The translations under genes were made by a program, and so were the position numbers. A stretch of 64,000 nucleotides of DNA from the IMG/VR virus record IMGVR_UViG_3300048672_001051, positions 62,001 to 126,000 of that record; one strand, 5' to 3'. Position 1 is the stretch's first letter. Each line of letters starts with the position of its first letter. Below are positions 19,518 through 29,355 of this stretch, in pieces. A model generated the notes under the pieces. The model was not told the origin of the DNA. It made no database searches and saw only the letters and a list, made by a program, of their open reading frames with translations.

Positions 19518-20997
19518 TTATGTCACCAACTTTAACATTTTCTACATTAATTTGTTCACCATTAACTTTTAAAATCTCTGAAGCATGTAATAGTTCTGAA
19601 CTACCATCATCATAAATAATTTCATAGTAATCAGCTTCATGAGTTTTAAATAAATCTTTGACGTGAAGCAAAGCTCCAGTAACTAGTGTTATCTCAACAC
19701 AAAGATTAGACATTTTAATAGGCTCAAGAAATGGAGTATGATGATTAACTTCATAACTATTAAACTTATACAGACGACCACTTTCAAAAGGTTCTTTAGC
19801 AATCAAAGCTGCAAGATTAACTGCTTTAATTAAAGTTTTAGGTACATCTGGATTATTTAAATATTTAAAATAAAGTTCTTTAAAACCTTCATAATCATCA
19901 GAATCAAATTTAGCATAAAGATCTGGTGCATGATAAAGACTAATAAGCATCCAAGGAGTTTTTGTATTTATAGCTTCAATTAAAAAAGGATGTAATTTAA
20001 TATTATAATCAATACCAGGAACTCTTCGAGATTCAATTGATTTTGGATTTCGAAGTTTGATAATAATTTCAATTTCAGGATCTAAACTAGATACATAAGT
20101 TGTTGCAGCACCACCCCGGCTATTTTGTTTATTAGCACCAACTAAAGATTGAAGAACTCTGAAATAAGGTAATTTGCCTTGATGTTCAATTGTACCTTTT
20201 TTAATTGGATCCATTAAGCTACGAACACCATAAAGTGAGCCTATTCCAGCGCCTGCAACAGTCATTGTAGAGACTGCATAAGACTTAGCATCAATAGAGT
20301 CAATAGCATCTTCACATTCAATTAAACAGCAACTAGCTCCAGTTTTATTTACAGTTCCAAGATAGACCATATTAGGTGAAGGTAAGTTAACATCATGACT
20401 AGAATAGTCTTCATAGTAAGAAATAATATCATTTAAAAAAGACTGATGATCATACGCCGACAATGTTGTTGAATTAGTGTAAGCTACATAAATTGCAACA
20501 CGCATGTAAGTAAATTGAGGAGTTTCGTATAACTTACTAGTAGCTACATCTTTAATAATATATTTATCTACAAGTTGTTTTAATACTGTATAAGTATAAG
20601 TATAATCTAACTGATGATTGATTTTAGATTCAATAAAGTCTAGATCACTATCAGACAAATTAAAATCTCGGTAAAACCCAAGATCAATCATTCTGTAATA
20701 CTGATCTTTAAAAGTAGCTACAATGTTATCTGGAAAAACATTCTTAATAATTATTGGAAGATATAACCTACCTGCTGCTTTAAGTGATTTATCAGTTTCG
20801 TATTCTAAGCAAGTTTTAATTAAAGCTTCTTGTAGTTGTACAGTAGTACATTTATCATATATTTTTTTAACAGCACGGAGTGATATATCACTCCAAATTG
20901 TATCGTTCTGATACGCGAATTCCATCCACTTATTTAATTTTAATGGATCAAACTCTTGCAGCGAGCCATCTCGCTTTACAATATGGTTTATTGTCAA
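19510..20997 (-). CDS. nrdA: ribonucleotide reductase alpha subunit, N-terminal part
   Basis: ATP cone VKRDG, ETPQF, PSP, ASCCL, SRGGA and the catalytic SNLCVE; stops after a Hint-like tail. Confidence 0.9.
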   Translation of the reverse strand: MTINHIVKRDGSLQEFDPLKLNKWMEFAYQNDTIWSDISLRAVKKIYDKCTTVQLQEALIKTCLEYETDKSLKAAGRLYLPIIIKNVFPDNIVATFKDQYYRMIDLGFYRDFNLSDSDLDFIESKINHQLDYTYTYTVLKQLVDKYIIKDVATSKLYETPQFTYMRVAIYVAYTNSTTLSAYDHQSFLNDIISYYEDYSSHDVNLPSPNMVYLGTVNKTGASCCLIECEDAIDSIDAKSYAVSTMTVAGAGIGSLYGVRSLMDPIKKGTIEHQGKLPYFRVLQSLVGANKQNSRGGAATTYVSSLDPEIEIIIKLRNPKSIESRRVPGIDYNIKLHPFLIEAINTKTPWMLISLYHAPDLYAKFDSDDYEGFKELYFKYLNNPDVPKTLIKAVNLAALIAKEPFESGRLYKFNSYEVNHHTPFLEPIKMSNLCVEITLVTGALLHVKDLFKTHEADYYEIIYDDGSSELLHASEILKVNGEQINVENVKVGDIIV

Positions 20998-21040
20998 TTT
21001 TACACTATTGAATAATAGTTATATATTTATTTTGTTTGTA

Positions 21041-22234
21041 CTAAACAGTTGGTACGAAAATATTATTAACGACTTCACCTTCGCGAAGTGCTATACCAAC
21101 AGGGAATAGTGGTACAGAGTATAACGATAAAGCCTGGTAATCAACTGTTAAGTATGCTACACCTTCTAATGCTTCTTTATTATTAAAATAAGTTTCTACA
21201 TTATACTCTTTAGTTCCTTTAACACTACCAACATCAAAATATCTGTGAGGACTTTCTGGATCAACATTATGATTAACACAAATAATTTGAACTTTAGTTG
21301 GATCATTGGCTGCCAAATAAATTTTATGTATTAAAAATTCATCCGAAAGCATAATTTTGTATTTAAGTAGCCCGTTACTTCGTTGGCCTTGCATGTACGG
21401 TACAGTGTCATCTCTTAACATTACACCTTCATAACCAGCAGTCACATATGCTTCAAATTTTGAACGTACTTCAGTCATATTTAAAACTTTAGTTGTTTCA
21501 ACTAATTTAACTGATAAGCAATTCATCGCAGAAGCTATAGCTGAGTATCTTGTTATAAAAGCATCACTTGAAAACTTATCATATAGATGGTATTGAAGTT
21601 GAGTTATATCGTAGTTTCCGACTACAACATCTTCATCGTCTGAGTTAACTAAACTTGCAATTATTTCAAAAGGAACTGTTTGAGTGAATAACTCACCGTC
21701 AACTATATCCCCAATTGTAAGCATACTTAGTAAGTCTTTTGTAATATGTTTAAAGTTTTTAAACAATTTACCACTTCTACTTAAGTATTTAATAGTGGTC
21801 TCATCAACTTTAAAAGCTAAACATCTTATACCATTTAACTTTGGTTGCAGATAAACATTTTTTATAAATATCTCATCAGGTCCATGCAGTAAATGTTTTT
21901 TCTTACTATATTGATGTGCGAGTTGTGGCAAAATTGAATTGTTAGCGTTCAATTCTGTTTCACTTTTAAAATAGCCAGATTTTAATTGAGCATCATAGAG
22001 TTGCTCTAATTTAAGTTTAGCTTGTTCGGTAATAGTTGTTTCGTTTGCCTTACCTATATTTTTACCCACAGTAACGTATATATCTTTTACTTGCTGCTTT
22101 CCATCAGCATAGCCCCACTCTTTAGTAATTTTTATACCTAGAGCGGGCACTACTGCGTAATCTGTGTACGCTTTCCACACCTTAAGTTTGCCAGAAGAGG
22201 CGGACCCATAAAGTAGTGTATTATTTAAATTCAT
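21041..22234 (-). CDS. lig: ATP-dependent DNA ligase
   Basis: QPKLNGIRC (motif I), DGEL, EGVMLR, LLKYK; N-terminal GKNIGKANET domain. Confidence 0.9.
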   Translation of the reverse strand: MNLNNTLLYGSASSGKLKVWKAYTDYAVVPALGIKITKEWGYADGKQQVKDIYVTVGKNIGKANETTITEQAKLKLEQLYDAQLKSGYFKSETELNANNSILPQLAHQYSKKKHLLHGPDEIFIKNVYLQPKLNGIRCLAFKVDETTIKYLSRSGKLFKNFKHITKDLLSMLTIGDIVDGELFTQTVPFEIIASLVNSDDEDVVVGNYDITQLQYHLYDKFSSDAFITRYSAIASAMNCLSVKLVETTKVLNMTEVRSKFEAYVTAGYEGVMLRDDTVPYMQGQRSNGLLKYKIMLSDEFLIHKIYLAANDPTKVQIICVNHNVDPESPHRYFDVGSVKGTKEYNVETYFNNKEALEGVAYLTVDYQALSLYSVPLFPVGIALREGEVVNNIFVPTV

Positions 22235-22316
22235 TTTAAAGCCAATTTGTAATTTAGTTTAGGTGTAACAATTTAAAATCTTTTTAAAGTTAACTTGTAG
22301 TAAAAAATTAGACAGA

Positions 22317-22781
22317 CTAGTTGTTATCAGCAGCTAATCTTCTATTTTTATGCCATAATTTTTGAGCTTTATTATAAGCTTTTTTTGCTGGGTTAATGTA
22401 ATCCAATCCCGTATACTCGGTAGGTGGATAATTGACAGACTCAACATAATTTTTAAAAATATCGGCATTTTTAAAAGATTTATTATAAGGCACTTCAACT
22501 ACTTTAACTCCTTTGCTATGGAGATACTGTAATTTTTTCAAGTCCAAATCAACAGCTTTATACCACTGGTCTGCATTTTTATAAAAATACCCAATAGGTT
22601 TATAATGCTGTTCGCCGTGAACTTCAATACATATTGCAAGCATTGGTATGAAAATATCCATACGTTGATTTATCTCGTGAATAGGATATTCATGTACAAC
22701 TTCATATTCTGGATATGCCTCACAGCATAAATTATATATTAACCTTTGTTGTGCCGACGCACGATCATCTAATTTAGCCAT
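22317..22781 (-). CDS. Vsr/DUF559-like endonuclease
   Basis: RMDIFIPMLAICIEVHGEQHY motif. Confidence 0.7.
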   Translation of the reverse strand: MAKLDDRASAQQRLIYNLCCEAYPEYEVVHEYPIHEINQRMDIFIPMLAICIEVHGEQHYKPIGYFYKNADQWYKAVDLDLKKLQYLHSKGVKVVEVPYNKSFKNADIFKNYVESVNYPPTEYTGLDYINPAKKAYNKAQKLWHKNRRLAADNN

Positions 22782-23067
22782 CTACTGGAGAGTCTAAATG
22801 TAATCCTTGATAATTGAATAGGTTATGAATAATTTTTTCATAACGATCAAATTGAGCATCATCTTCAATTCTATCAAAGTTAGATAGGGCGTATAGGTTA
22901 ATAGCTTTGGTGTTATTAATCTTGTTTATATAACAACGGTATGTATAATCGTTTGCATAATAAACAAACTCTTCACCATTATCAGCGAAATGAACTAACA
23001 CTTTTTGGTCAGGAGTGTCTATATATTTAGGTTGTTGGCCAGTTACATAGGCATAGATAATTTTCAT
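22774..23067 (-). CDS. hypothetical protein
   Basis: 97-aa ORF coupled to both neighbours. Confidence 0.55.
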   Translation of the reverse strand: MKIIYAYVTGQQPKYIDTPDQKVLVHFADNGEEFVYYANDYTYRCYINKINNTKAINLYALSNFDRIEDDAQFDRYEKIIHNLFNYQGLHLDSPVDG

Positions 23068-23870
23068 TTAGGTGTTTTAAAATTGAGTTTTTGAAATCTA
23101 TTTTGGCTACAATTTTCAGTATATGGGCATTGTAAACAATTGTTTAGGCGAGGTAAGTTTTGAATGTCACTACGAGTGTAATTAGAAGTATCGTGAAGTA
23201 TATTAGCATACTCAAAATAGCTATCAAGTATTTTATAATTTTTATTAGTAAATTTAGTTAATATGTTGGAAGTATCTATCCAAGTAATATGTAAGTAGGA
23301 AGGTATTAAATTAATTGTTTTTAAATAAGCTATAGTTCTAGCAATAGTTAAATAATTATAATATGACGGTATTTCTGAAGTATAAGGAAGTATTAAATAT
23401 AAAGTATAAATATTATTTTTAATTAAGATAGAAGGTAGTTGGTAAGTATAATTATAAATAGCGTCTGTAAAAGGAATTTGAATTGGCTGTGACATACTAT
23501 CAAAAGTTTTAAAATACTCTGTAATATAATCAATTTGATTTTCAATATTTAACCAAGACTTAGCTAAGTTGGCTAATTTAAAATCTACAAATTTATTCTC
23601 TTTTTGTAAATATCCTGTCATATTTGACATATAATATTTTTCAAGTTCTAGCTTTACAGCAGTTTTTACATTTAAAAAATTAATTAAAATACAATAAGTT
23701 AAATAGCTATGAAATATATCTGGAGTATTTTTGTATAAAGCTGATTTATTATAATCAAATAAAGTATTAAAATTATTATAACGATCAGAGTAAGCTAATA
23801 TGTTAGGACAAATCTGCTTCAGCTCGTAGTCAGAAGCAGACTTGAAGAGTCTAGGTGTTGTTTCTAGCAT
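23064..23870 (-). CDS. hypothetical protein, possible degenerate PD-(D/E)xK nuclease
   Basis: C-terminal CLQCPYTENC resembles the Cas4/AddB Fe-S tail; no clear catalytic motif. Confidence 0.45.
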   Translation of the reverse strand: MLETTPRLFKSASDYELKQICPNILAYSDRYNNFNTLFDYNKSALYKNTPDIFHSYLTYCILINFLNVKTAVKLELEKYYMSNMTGYLQKENKFVDFKLANLAKSWLNIENQIDYITEYFKTFDSMSQPIQIPFTDAIYNYTYQLPSILIKNNIYTLYLILPYTSEIPSYYNYLTIARTIAYLKTINLIPSYLHITWIDTSNILTKFTNKNYKILDSYFEYANILHDTSNYTRSDIQNLPRLNNCLQCPYTENCSQNRFQKLNFKTPK

Positions 23871-24070
23871 GAACCTATGCTGTCAGTGTAGTTGTGACTG
23901 TGAGCATAGAATAACTCAATAAACTCTCTGAGTTGATTAGTGTCTTCAGCTTTAATTTCATCACCTACGGAAATGCGACGAGTATTGTACGCACTAAAGG
24001 AAGATCCATTACTCCACTGAGGTCTTTCGACCCCACCTTCAACATATAAAGGGGCTGTTGTTTCAGGCAT
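23864..24070 (-). CDS. small hypothetical protein (68 aa)
   Basis: ORF with biased codon usage, ending HSHNYTDSIGSC. Confidence 0.6.
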   Translation of the reverse strand: MPETTAPLYVEGGVERPQWSNGSSFSAYNTRRISVGDEIKAEDTNQLREFIELFYAHSHNYTDSIGSC

Positions 24071-24071
24071 T

Positions 24072-25283
24072 TTAAAGTACCATTAAATAGTTATTACTTA
24101 TATCGTAAACGATATTTGACTCAGTATCTTCAACTGCCAAAATTCTAGTGTAATACCCAAGTTCATCTGTAATTATATTCGGAGTTATAACATCCGCTGA
24201 CGAATCTGTAAGAACAGCTATATTATATTGGGAATTATTTTCTAAAATTTGAGTAGGTATTTTCAACAAATAACCAAAAGATTTAATATTAAATACTATA
24301 TCAATGGTATGCGAAGCTTCTCTTTCATTTTCAAAAGCTATGAAAGATTTGAAAAATAATTCAAGTACCTCTTTACTGACGTTGTAAAAGTCTTTAAAGG
24401 CTGTAGCTTGAATCTGCAGTGCAAGGTCTATCATTGGAATACAATTTATAGATAACACTGAACTATTTTCAACTACTTTTTCAATAAAGTCAATTTTTAA
24501 TTTGTTAAAAAATGTTACTAATTTAGATTTAACATTAGTTTCAAAATTATTAGATAAATCAAAAGTAAAAGTCAAACACTTTGTAGTATAACCATCATAC
24601 TTTGTATGTTTTAAATTACTTGTATTTTCGCCGTAATATATAGCGGCTAGAATATAATTTATAAAATTAGCGTCTATTACTACATAATTTGAAATAGAAT
24701 TACTACTACCTTCAACTAGCATATCAATAAATTTTGGAATTGTTAAGTCATAAGTATTTTTAATATATTTCTCAATGTCTTTTACATACGGATCTGCATC
24801 TGCTGATTCATACATAAAATAATCAGCTAATAATTTATAGCTAATTTTTAAATCTCTTGATATTTGATACAAATGTTGATTTGGATAATAAGCTTTATTA
24901 TTGACTAGTGTAATATAAGAAAATCTTTTAGAAAGATTAATTACTTCTTTCGGGCTAGTATTAACATAATCAATCCAAGGCACAAAAAAGTAATCATCAA
25001 CATCGTAGGTAGCAGCAGGCTGAGATTCAACTTCATCTGTAACACATACGGTGTTGAAGCCTTTAAGTCTAAAATCTGGAGACACAGTTAATGTCAATCC
25101 AGTACTTAATTCAAAAGTTGTAAAAACTACAGGTTCATCAAGAGTTAATGAAAAAGGTTTTAATATATTTTTAGTGGCGCCAGTATCAAGATATATATTA
25201 GACCTGTCTACTGAGCTGATTGGAAGAAAACCATTAACACTATAAGTTAAAAAGTTTTCTGGGATAAGTGTTTGTAAATTCAT
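24072..25283 (-). CDS. degenerate intein-like (Hint + LAGLIDADG-like) free-standing protein
   Basis: Block A-like LIPENFLTYSVNGFLPISSV, block B-like FELSTGLTLTVSPDF, YILAAIYYGE, block F-like RILAVEDTESNIVYDIS; no Cys1, TxxH His or terminal Asn. Confidence 0.6.
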   Translation of the reverse strand: MNLQTLIPENFLTYSVNGFLPISSVDRSNIYLDTGATKNILKPFSLTLDEPVVFTTFELSTGLTLTVSPDFRLKGFNTVCVTDEVESQPAATYDVDDYFFVPWIDYVNTSPKEVINLSKRFSYITLVNNKAYYPNQHLYQISRDLKISYKLLADYFMYESADADPYVKDIEKYIKNTYDLTIPKFIDMLVEGSSNSISNYVVIDANFINYILAAIYYGENTSNLKHTKYDGYTTKCLTFTFDLSNNFETNVKSKLVTFFNKLKIDFIEKVVENSSVLSINCIPMIDLALQIQATAFKDFYNVSKEVLELFFKSFIAFENEREASHTIDIVFNIKSFGYLLKIPTQILENNSQYNIAVLTDSSADVITPNIITDELGYYTRILAVEDTESNIVYDISNNYLMVL

Positions 25284-25960
25284 ACTTTAAAAAATGGCAA
25301 CTTAAATTTTTTCTTATAAATAAGATCCATTAAAAAATGAAGCTTATCTTTGTAAAGTAACGCTAAATTTTCATCAAGTATGTTCAAACTATTTTTATAA
25401 AAATAATCGAAAACTTCTGATACATTAACGTAAGACTCTTCAGCAATTGTAACTCTGCGACATCTAATCGTAGATGGACTCATGTTATATATGATATAAA
25501 TATTATTAGCTTTTATAGGCTCAAAAAATGAACAAAAATCTTTATATAAACTAAAATCGCTTTGCAATAAATTCGAATCGCCTGGTAAATAATTTGGAGT
25601 ACATGTTAGCAGATAAATTAATTCAATATCACGTTCATTTAAATATGTACATGAAAAATTTTTAACAATTATATTTAAAAAAGTTACTTGTGCTTCGCAA
25701 TTAAAAAAAGTATTTGTAAAATAACCATTTAATAATAAGCTTGTTAAAAAAGATTTTTTAACACTAGGACTTATCTTATGATGATATACAAAAAATAAAC
25801 TTAAAACACTATCTAAATATTCTGCATCTATCAAACTTTGAGTGCTTATAAAAAAATTTGTATGTACAAAAGACATAACACTTTTAAAGTGTTCAAATTC
25901 AGTGTTGCTGCATTGTAAAATATCTTGGATATTTTTAGAATATTGTTCAAGTATTTTCAT
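25280..25960 (-). CDS. hypothetical protein
   Basis: 226-aa ORF, ATGA overlap with the next gene. Confidence 0.55.
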   Translation of the reverse strand: MKILEQYSKNIQDILQCSNTEFEHFKSVMSFVHTNFFISTQSLIDAEYLDSVLSLFFVYHHKISPSVKKSFLTSLLLNGYFTNTFFNCEAQVTFLNIIVKNFSCTYLNERDIELIYLLTCTPNYLPGDSNLLQSDFSLYKDFCSFFEPIKANNIYIIYNMSPSTIRCRRVTIAEESYVNVSEVFDYFYKNSLNILDENLALLYKDKLHFLMDLIYKKKFKLPFFKV

Positions 25961-25971
25961 AAAATTATATT

Positions 25972-26676
25972 TTAAATTTCGATAGTTCTAACTACAAAGC
26001 CAGTTTGATCATGTTTACCACGACCTTTAGCTTTTAAAGCAATATAATGGTTTTCAGGATCATGCCATCTAAGGTCATTTAGATCACCATCTGAGACAGG
26101 TCTGCCTTTCCACACAGCAGGGACTTCTTCAAATACAACAGAAACATTTTTATACCTGTCAAATGCACTTTCAATATCAGACTCAGTCGATACTTCTGAA
26201 CGACTATAAATTAATTTATAATTTGGAATATTGCTAACATCTCTGTCAGTGTGCTTAGTATAATCATAAAATTTTAATTCTGGGTACTCTGTAAAATCTA
26301 GTATAGTTTCCCAGTATAAATCAGAAGTTCCATTAAGCCTTACGTAACCTTGAAAATTATTTTCTAAACAGTAAGCCTTAAAAAGGTTCAAGTCGTTACG
26401 TAAAATCCTAATAAATTCTGAATTATTTTCAAAATACAATTTAGTTTTATTTATTCTAGCTTGCATTACGCTGTTCATAGCACCACGACCCGCTGTGAAT
26501 AAGCAAGCAGTTTCACAGCCAGGAGATCTACTAGTACAAGTATCATAACCACTCATAAGGGCTGGTGCGAGATACATAATAGCAGTTAACTTTGTATCAT
26601 CATCACCTTTAGAAGTTTTGGCATTAGAGCCAACTGCTAAAAGTTTTAATTTTGAATTTAAAGTTGAAATTTTCAA
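25972..26676 (-). CDS. GP88-like phage protein (radical-SAM-like CxxxxxxCxxxC)
   Basis: CTSRSPGCETACL, GRG, VRLNGTSD, FYDYTK, DGDLNDLR, ALKAKG. Confidence 0.75.
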   Translation of the reverse strand: MKISTLNSKLKLLAVGSNAKTSKGDDDTKLTAIMYLAPALMSGYDTCTSRSPGCETACLFTAGRGAMNSVMQARINKTKLYFENNSEFIRILRNDLNLFKAYCLENNFQGYVRLNGTSDLYWETILDFTEYPELKFYDYTKHTDRDVSNIPNYKLIYSRSEVSTESDIESAFDRYKNVSVVFEEVPAVWKGRPVSDGDLNDLRWHDPENHYIALKAKGRGKHDQTGFVVRTIEI

Positions 26677-26867
26677 GAATGATTTACACCAAAATAAAAT
26701 TGAGTGTAAGATAAATCTAGAAAGTTTAAACAGCTAACTTTATAAGGTGTTGCAGGTAAAGTGTTAACAAGTGCAACGAGCTCATTAAATTTATTTTTAA
26801 TTAAAGAAGCTCGTTGTTTTTGTTGTTCAGATAATAAATTAAAATTATCAGTTGTTATGGTGTACAT
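26673..26867 (-). CDS. hypothetical protein
   Basis: 64-aa ORF in the operon. Confidence 0.45.
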   Translation of the reverse strand: MYTITTDNFNLLSEQQKQRASLIKNKFNELVALVNTLPATPYKVSCLNFLDLSYTQFYFGVNHS

Positions 26868-27273
26868 AAGTTAGTAAATTACTTTGTGTAATTTTTAAAC
26901 CATTCGCCGCTAATTTATTTTGTAAAAAATTAAATTGATATGTGATCCGCATTAACTCTATGACAACTCTAGTTTGCGAATCACCACAATATCTAAAAAA
27001 GTTTTGAAATTCATTAGCACTACGTAGGCAATCATTTCTGAATTGTTGCGTATTTAAATTAGCTACGGATGTTTTGAAGTGACGTACATATAGCCGCTCT
27101 TCAGACATTGACCAAAAAATACTATAAAGAGTTTTCTTGTAGTCAAGAGACAACTCACGGAGTGCAGGCACAGAGCCTAGCAAATCCTTAACAGAAGTTA
27201 CAATATGCTGGATACTAGAGTATAGTAAATTTAGTTCTACAAGAGTTAAATCATTATTGACGATGGTTTTCAT
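26848..27273 (-). CDS. hypothetical protein
   Basis: 141-aa helical ORF. Confidence 0.5.
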   Translation of the reverse strand: MKTIVNNDLTLVELNLLYSSIQHIVTSVKDLLGSVPALRELSLDYKKTLYSIFWSMSEERLYVRHFKTSVANLNTQQFRNDCLRSANEFQNFFRYCGDSQTRVVIELMRITYQFNFLQNKLAANGLKITQSNLLTYVHHNN

Positions 27274-27335
27274 AAATCACTGTTTAAGTTAAAATAATAC
27301 AGATAAACTGTAAATGTTGACGGAAGGTTATTTAC

Positions 27336-27779
27336 TTATCTGTAAATAACCAATATGTGATTATATTTTGGTAAAAATAATCCTTCTACAAATTTAATGA
27401 AGTTTAAAATTTTAACTTCATTTGCAGCTGTAGGTGTACAAGAGTACACATCTAAAGACATCGCAGCCTTCTCAGGCCAGGTGTGCCAACAAATGTGAGA
27501 CTCACCTAGCACAAGGGCACCAGAAACCCCCTGAGGCTGAAATTGGTGCCCTGCTGTGGCAAGTACATCAAAGCCTGCAGCTAAAGCTGCGTTAGTCAAC
27601 AGTCTTTCAATATAAACAGAAGACTTGTCAAAATAGTTATTAGGAGCACAAGCAGTGAAATCACAAGTAAAGTGACACCCCAAAGATTCTTCGCATTTTG
27701 GATTAATATTCTTCACATGTCGATGTGTATGAGTCATTATCAGGTCTACCGTAAGGACAATACCTACACAACCAATCAC
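27336..27779 (-). CDS. speD: S-adenosylmethionine decarboxylase proenzyme
   Basis: GCHF...DF, HQFQPQGVSG, pyruvoyl-forming ESH, HTWPE, DVYSC. True start probably downstream of 27779 because of overlap with the upstream gene. Confidence 0.9.
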   Translation of the reverse strand: MIGCVGIVLTVDLIMTHTHRHVKNINPKCEESLGCHFTCDFTACAPNNYFDKSSVYIERLLTNAALAAGFDVLATAGHQFQPQGVSGALVLGESHICWHTWPEKAAMSLDVYSCTPTAANEVKILNFIKFVEGLFLPKYNHILVIYR

Positions 27780-28614
27780 CTATCTTAGTAGAAGGATCTG
27801 CCAAGAATTCATTATAAGCTTTTTTAGTTAAAGCACCTTCTGAATATTTTTTAGTAATTTCTTCTGGTGTATATTGAATTTGGTAATCTGGTGGTGGCGG
27901 AACGCCTTGTTTTAAAAATTCAAATAAAAGTTTTTCTTTATCGAGAATATCTTTAGTGCTAAATTTAGTCTCGACATATGTGTACAAAGAGCCATTCCAA
28001 TAAGTTTCAATCACTGGATTTCCCGCTGCATTTATGCTTATTCTAAATTGCTTATTATTATAAAAACTAGTACAGCTTCTGTCGATATAGACTAAATTAA
28101 CATAGTTAACTTCTGAAACAATCATTAAATAACGAATACATTGCAATAAATTTTGATCTTTAGGTTTAGGCGGTTTGTCTACACTTCCAAGAAGTTCTTT
28201 TGCTGCATACCAATTTGCACCACTATATTGCTTTATCTCACTAATTTCATATTCACCACTGAGTGGATTTATATGCAAGATATCTATCTCGCCAGTTACA
28301 AGTTCATCTGGCTTAGATATACGTACAGAGTGATCTACATAAACTTTAATATTTTTGTATTGTTCAATAATCCAAGATTCCCAAAGTTTACCAGCCTCCA
28401 TAACAAAAATATTATAAATTTTTAAAGGGTTACTTCTAGCTGCGCTAGTTTTATTAAACCAAGCCTGTCGTAAACAAGTCCCTAGTGGTACGCCAGAAGT
28501 AGTATACACCATAGCTTCAGAAGGATTCACTGTAGGTATAATACCTCTAGGGTATTTCAATACTGAAGGCTTTAATAAAGATTTTTCGATAGCTTCTAAT
28601 ATATTAAACATCAT
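27703..28614 (-). CDS. Cas4-like PD-(D/E)xK exonuclease (no CRISPR context)
   Basis: GTCLRQAWF, GEIDIL, ISEIK, CRYCPY...C four-Cys arrangement. Confidence 0.75.
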   Translation of the reverse strand: MMFNILEAIEKSLLKPSVLKYPRGIIPTVNPSEAMVYTTSGVPLGTCLRQAWFNKTSAARSNPLKIYNIFVMEAGKLWESWIIEQYKNIKVYVDHSVRISKPDELVTGEIDILHINPLSGEYEISEIKQYSGANWYAAKELLGSVDKPPKPKDQNLLQCIRYLMIVSEVNYVNLVYIDRSCTSFYNNKQFRISINAAGNPVIETYWNGSLYTYVETKFSTKDILDKEKLLFEFLKQGVPPPPDYQIQYTPEEITKKYSEGALTKKAYNEFLADPSTKIGDWLCRYCPYGRPDNDSYTSTCEEY

Positions 28615-29350
28615 CTTCTTCTTGATAAAAAGATCTTACAATTGGAGCTTTGTCGACATCGTTAATAAAGATTTTGCTAAAAACTTTAATAACAGTATCT
28701 TTTTCATAGCTTGCAATATATTTACTGTAAGTATCTATATGGGCTAGCTTAGCAGCTAAGTAACTATAAAACGGAGTGTAGTCGGCGTTAGAGTGATCGT
28801 AACCCATGTACATAAGTAAAGAACCAGATGTTTTTAAATTATCATAAATTTGTCTAACAAAATCTTTATTATAAATACCTATATCTATATCTTCAAAGTC
28901 GTCGGAACAATCTACAAGAATTAAATCAAATTTAGATTTAAAACACTCGTCTTCCAAAGCATCTTGAAATGTCATATCAACTAGCGTAAGTTTATGAGTA
29001 TCTAAGTTTTCATCAATTTTATTGACAAAAGATGAAGTCTTTAAAAATCTTTTAAAAGGTTCTTCAGTGTATTTATAAGCTAACGGATCAACAATAGTTA
29101 CGTTTGAAGCAACATGTTGAATTGTTTTATAAACTTGTTGGTCTCCACCACCGATAATCAAAATATTTTGATTAGGTTTTAGAAACTTAGCGACAGCTAA
29201 CGACCACATTTTTTGATAGATAAAATATTCTTCCGAAGATAATTCTATAATGTCGTTAGTTGAAATTCGCCAAGGACTGTTAGAATCTTCCAGGTTAGAA
29301 GCTTCTAGTGTTAATTTAATGTTGTCAGTTATAATAGAGTAAGTTTGCAT
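28604..29350 (-). CDS. speE: spermidine synthase-like aminopropyltransferase
   Basis: ILIIGGGDQ SAM-binding loop, FDLILVDCSD, YNKDF..IYDNLKTSG; speD two genes downstream. Confidence 0.7.
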   Translation of the reverse strand: MQTYSIITDNIKLTLEASNLEDSNSPWRISTNDIIELSSEEYFIYQKMWSLAVAKFLKPNQNILIIGGGDQQVYKTIQHVASNVTIVDPLAYKYTEEPFKRFLKTSSFVNKIDENLDTHKLTLVDMTFQDALEDECFKSKFDLILVDCSDDFEDIDIGIYNKDFVRQIYDNLKTSGSLLMYMGYDHSNADYTPFYSYLAAKLAHIDTYSKYIASYEKDTVIKVFSKIFINDVDKAPIVRSFYQEEDDV

Positions 29351-29355
29351 GTAAT

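Noticed and set aside
20998-21040. NrdR box upstream of nrdA
   Set aside because: Only a short ACTATT/AATAGT inverted repeat is present; it is not a convincing match to the NrdR consensus.
27703-28614. Phage CRISPR-Cas system
   Set aside because: No repeat-spacer array or other cas genes were seen in the window.
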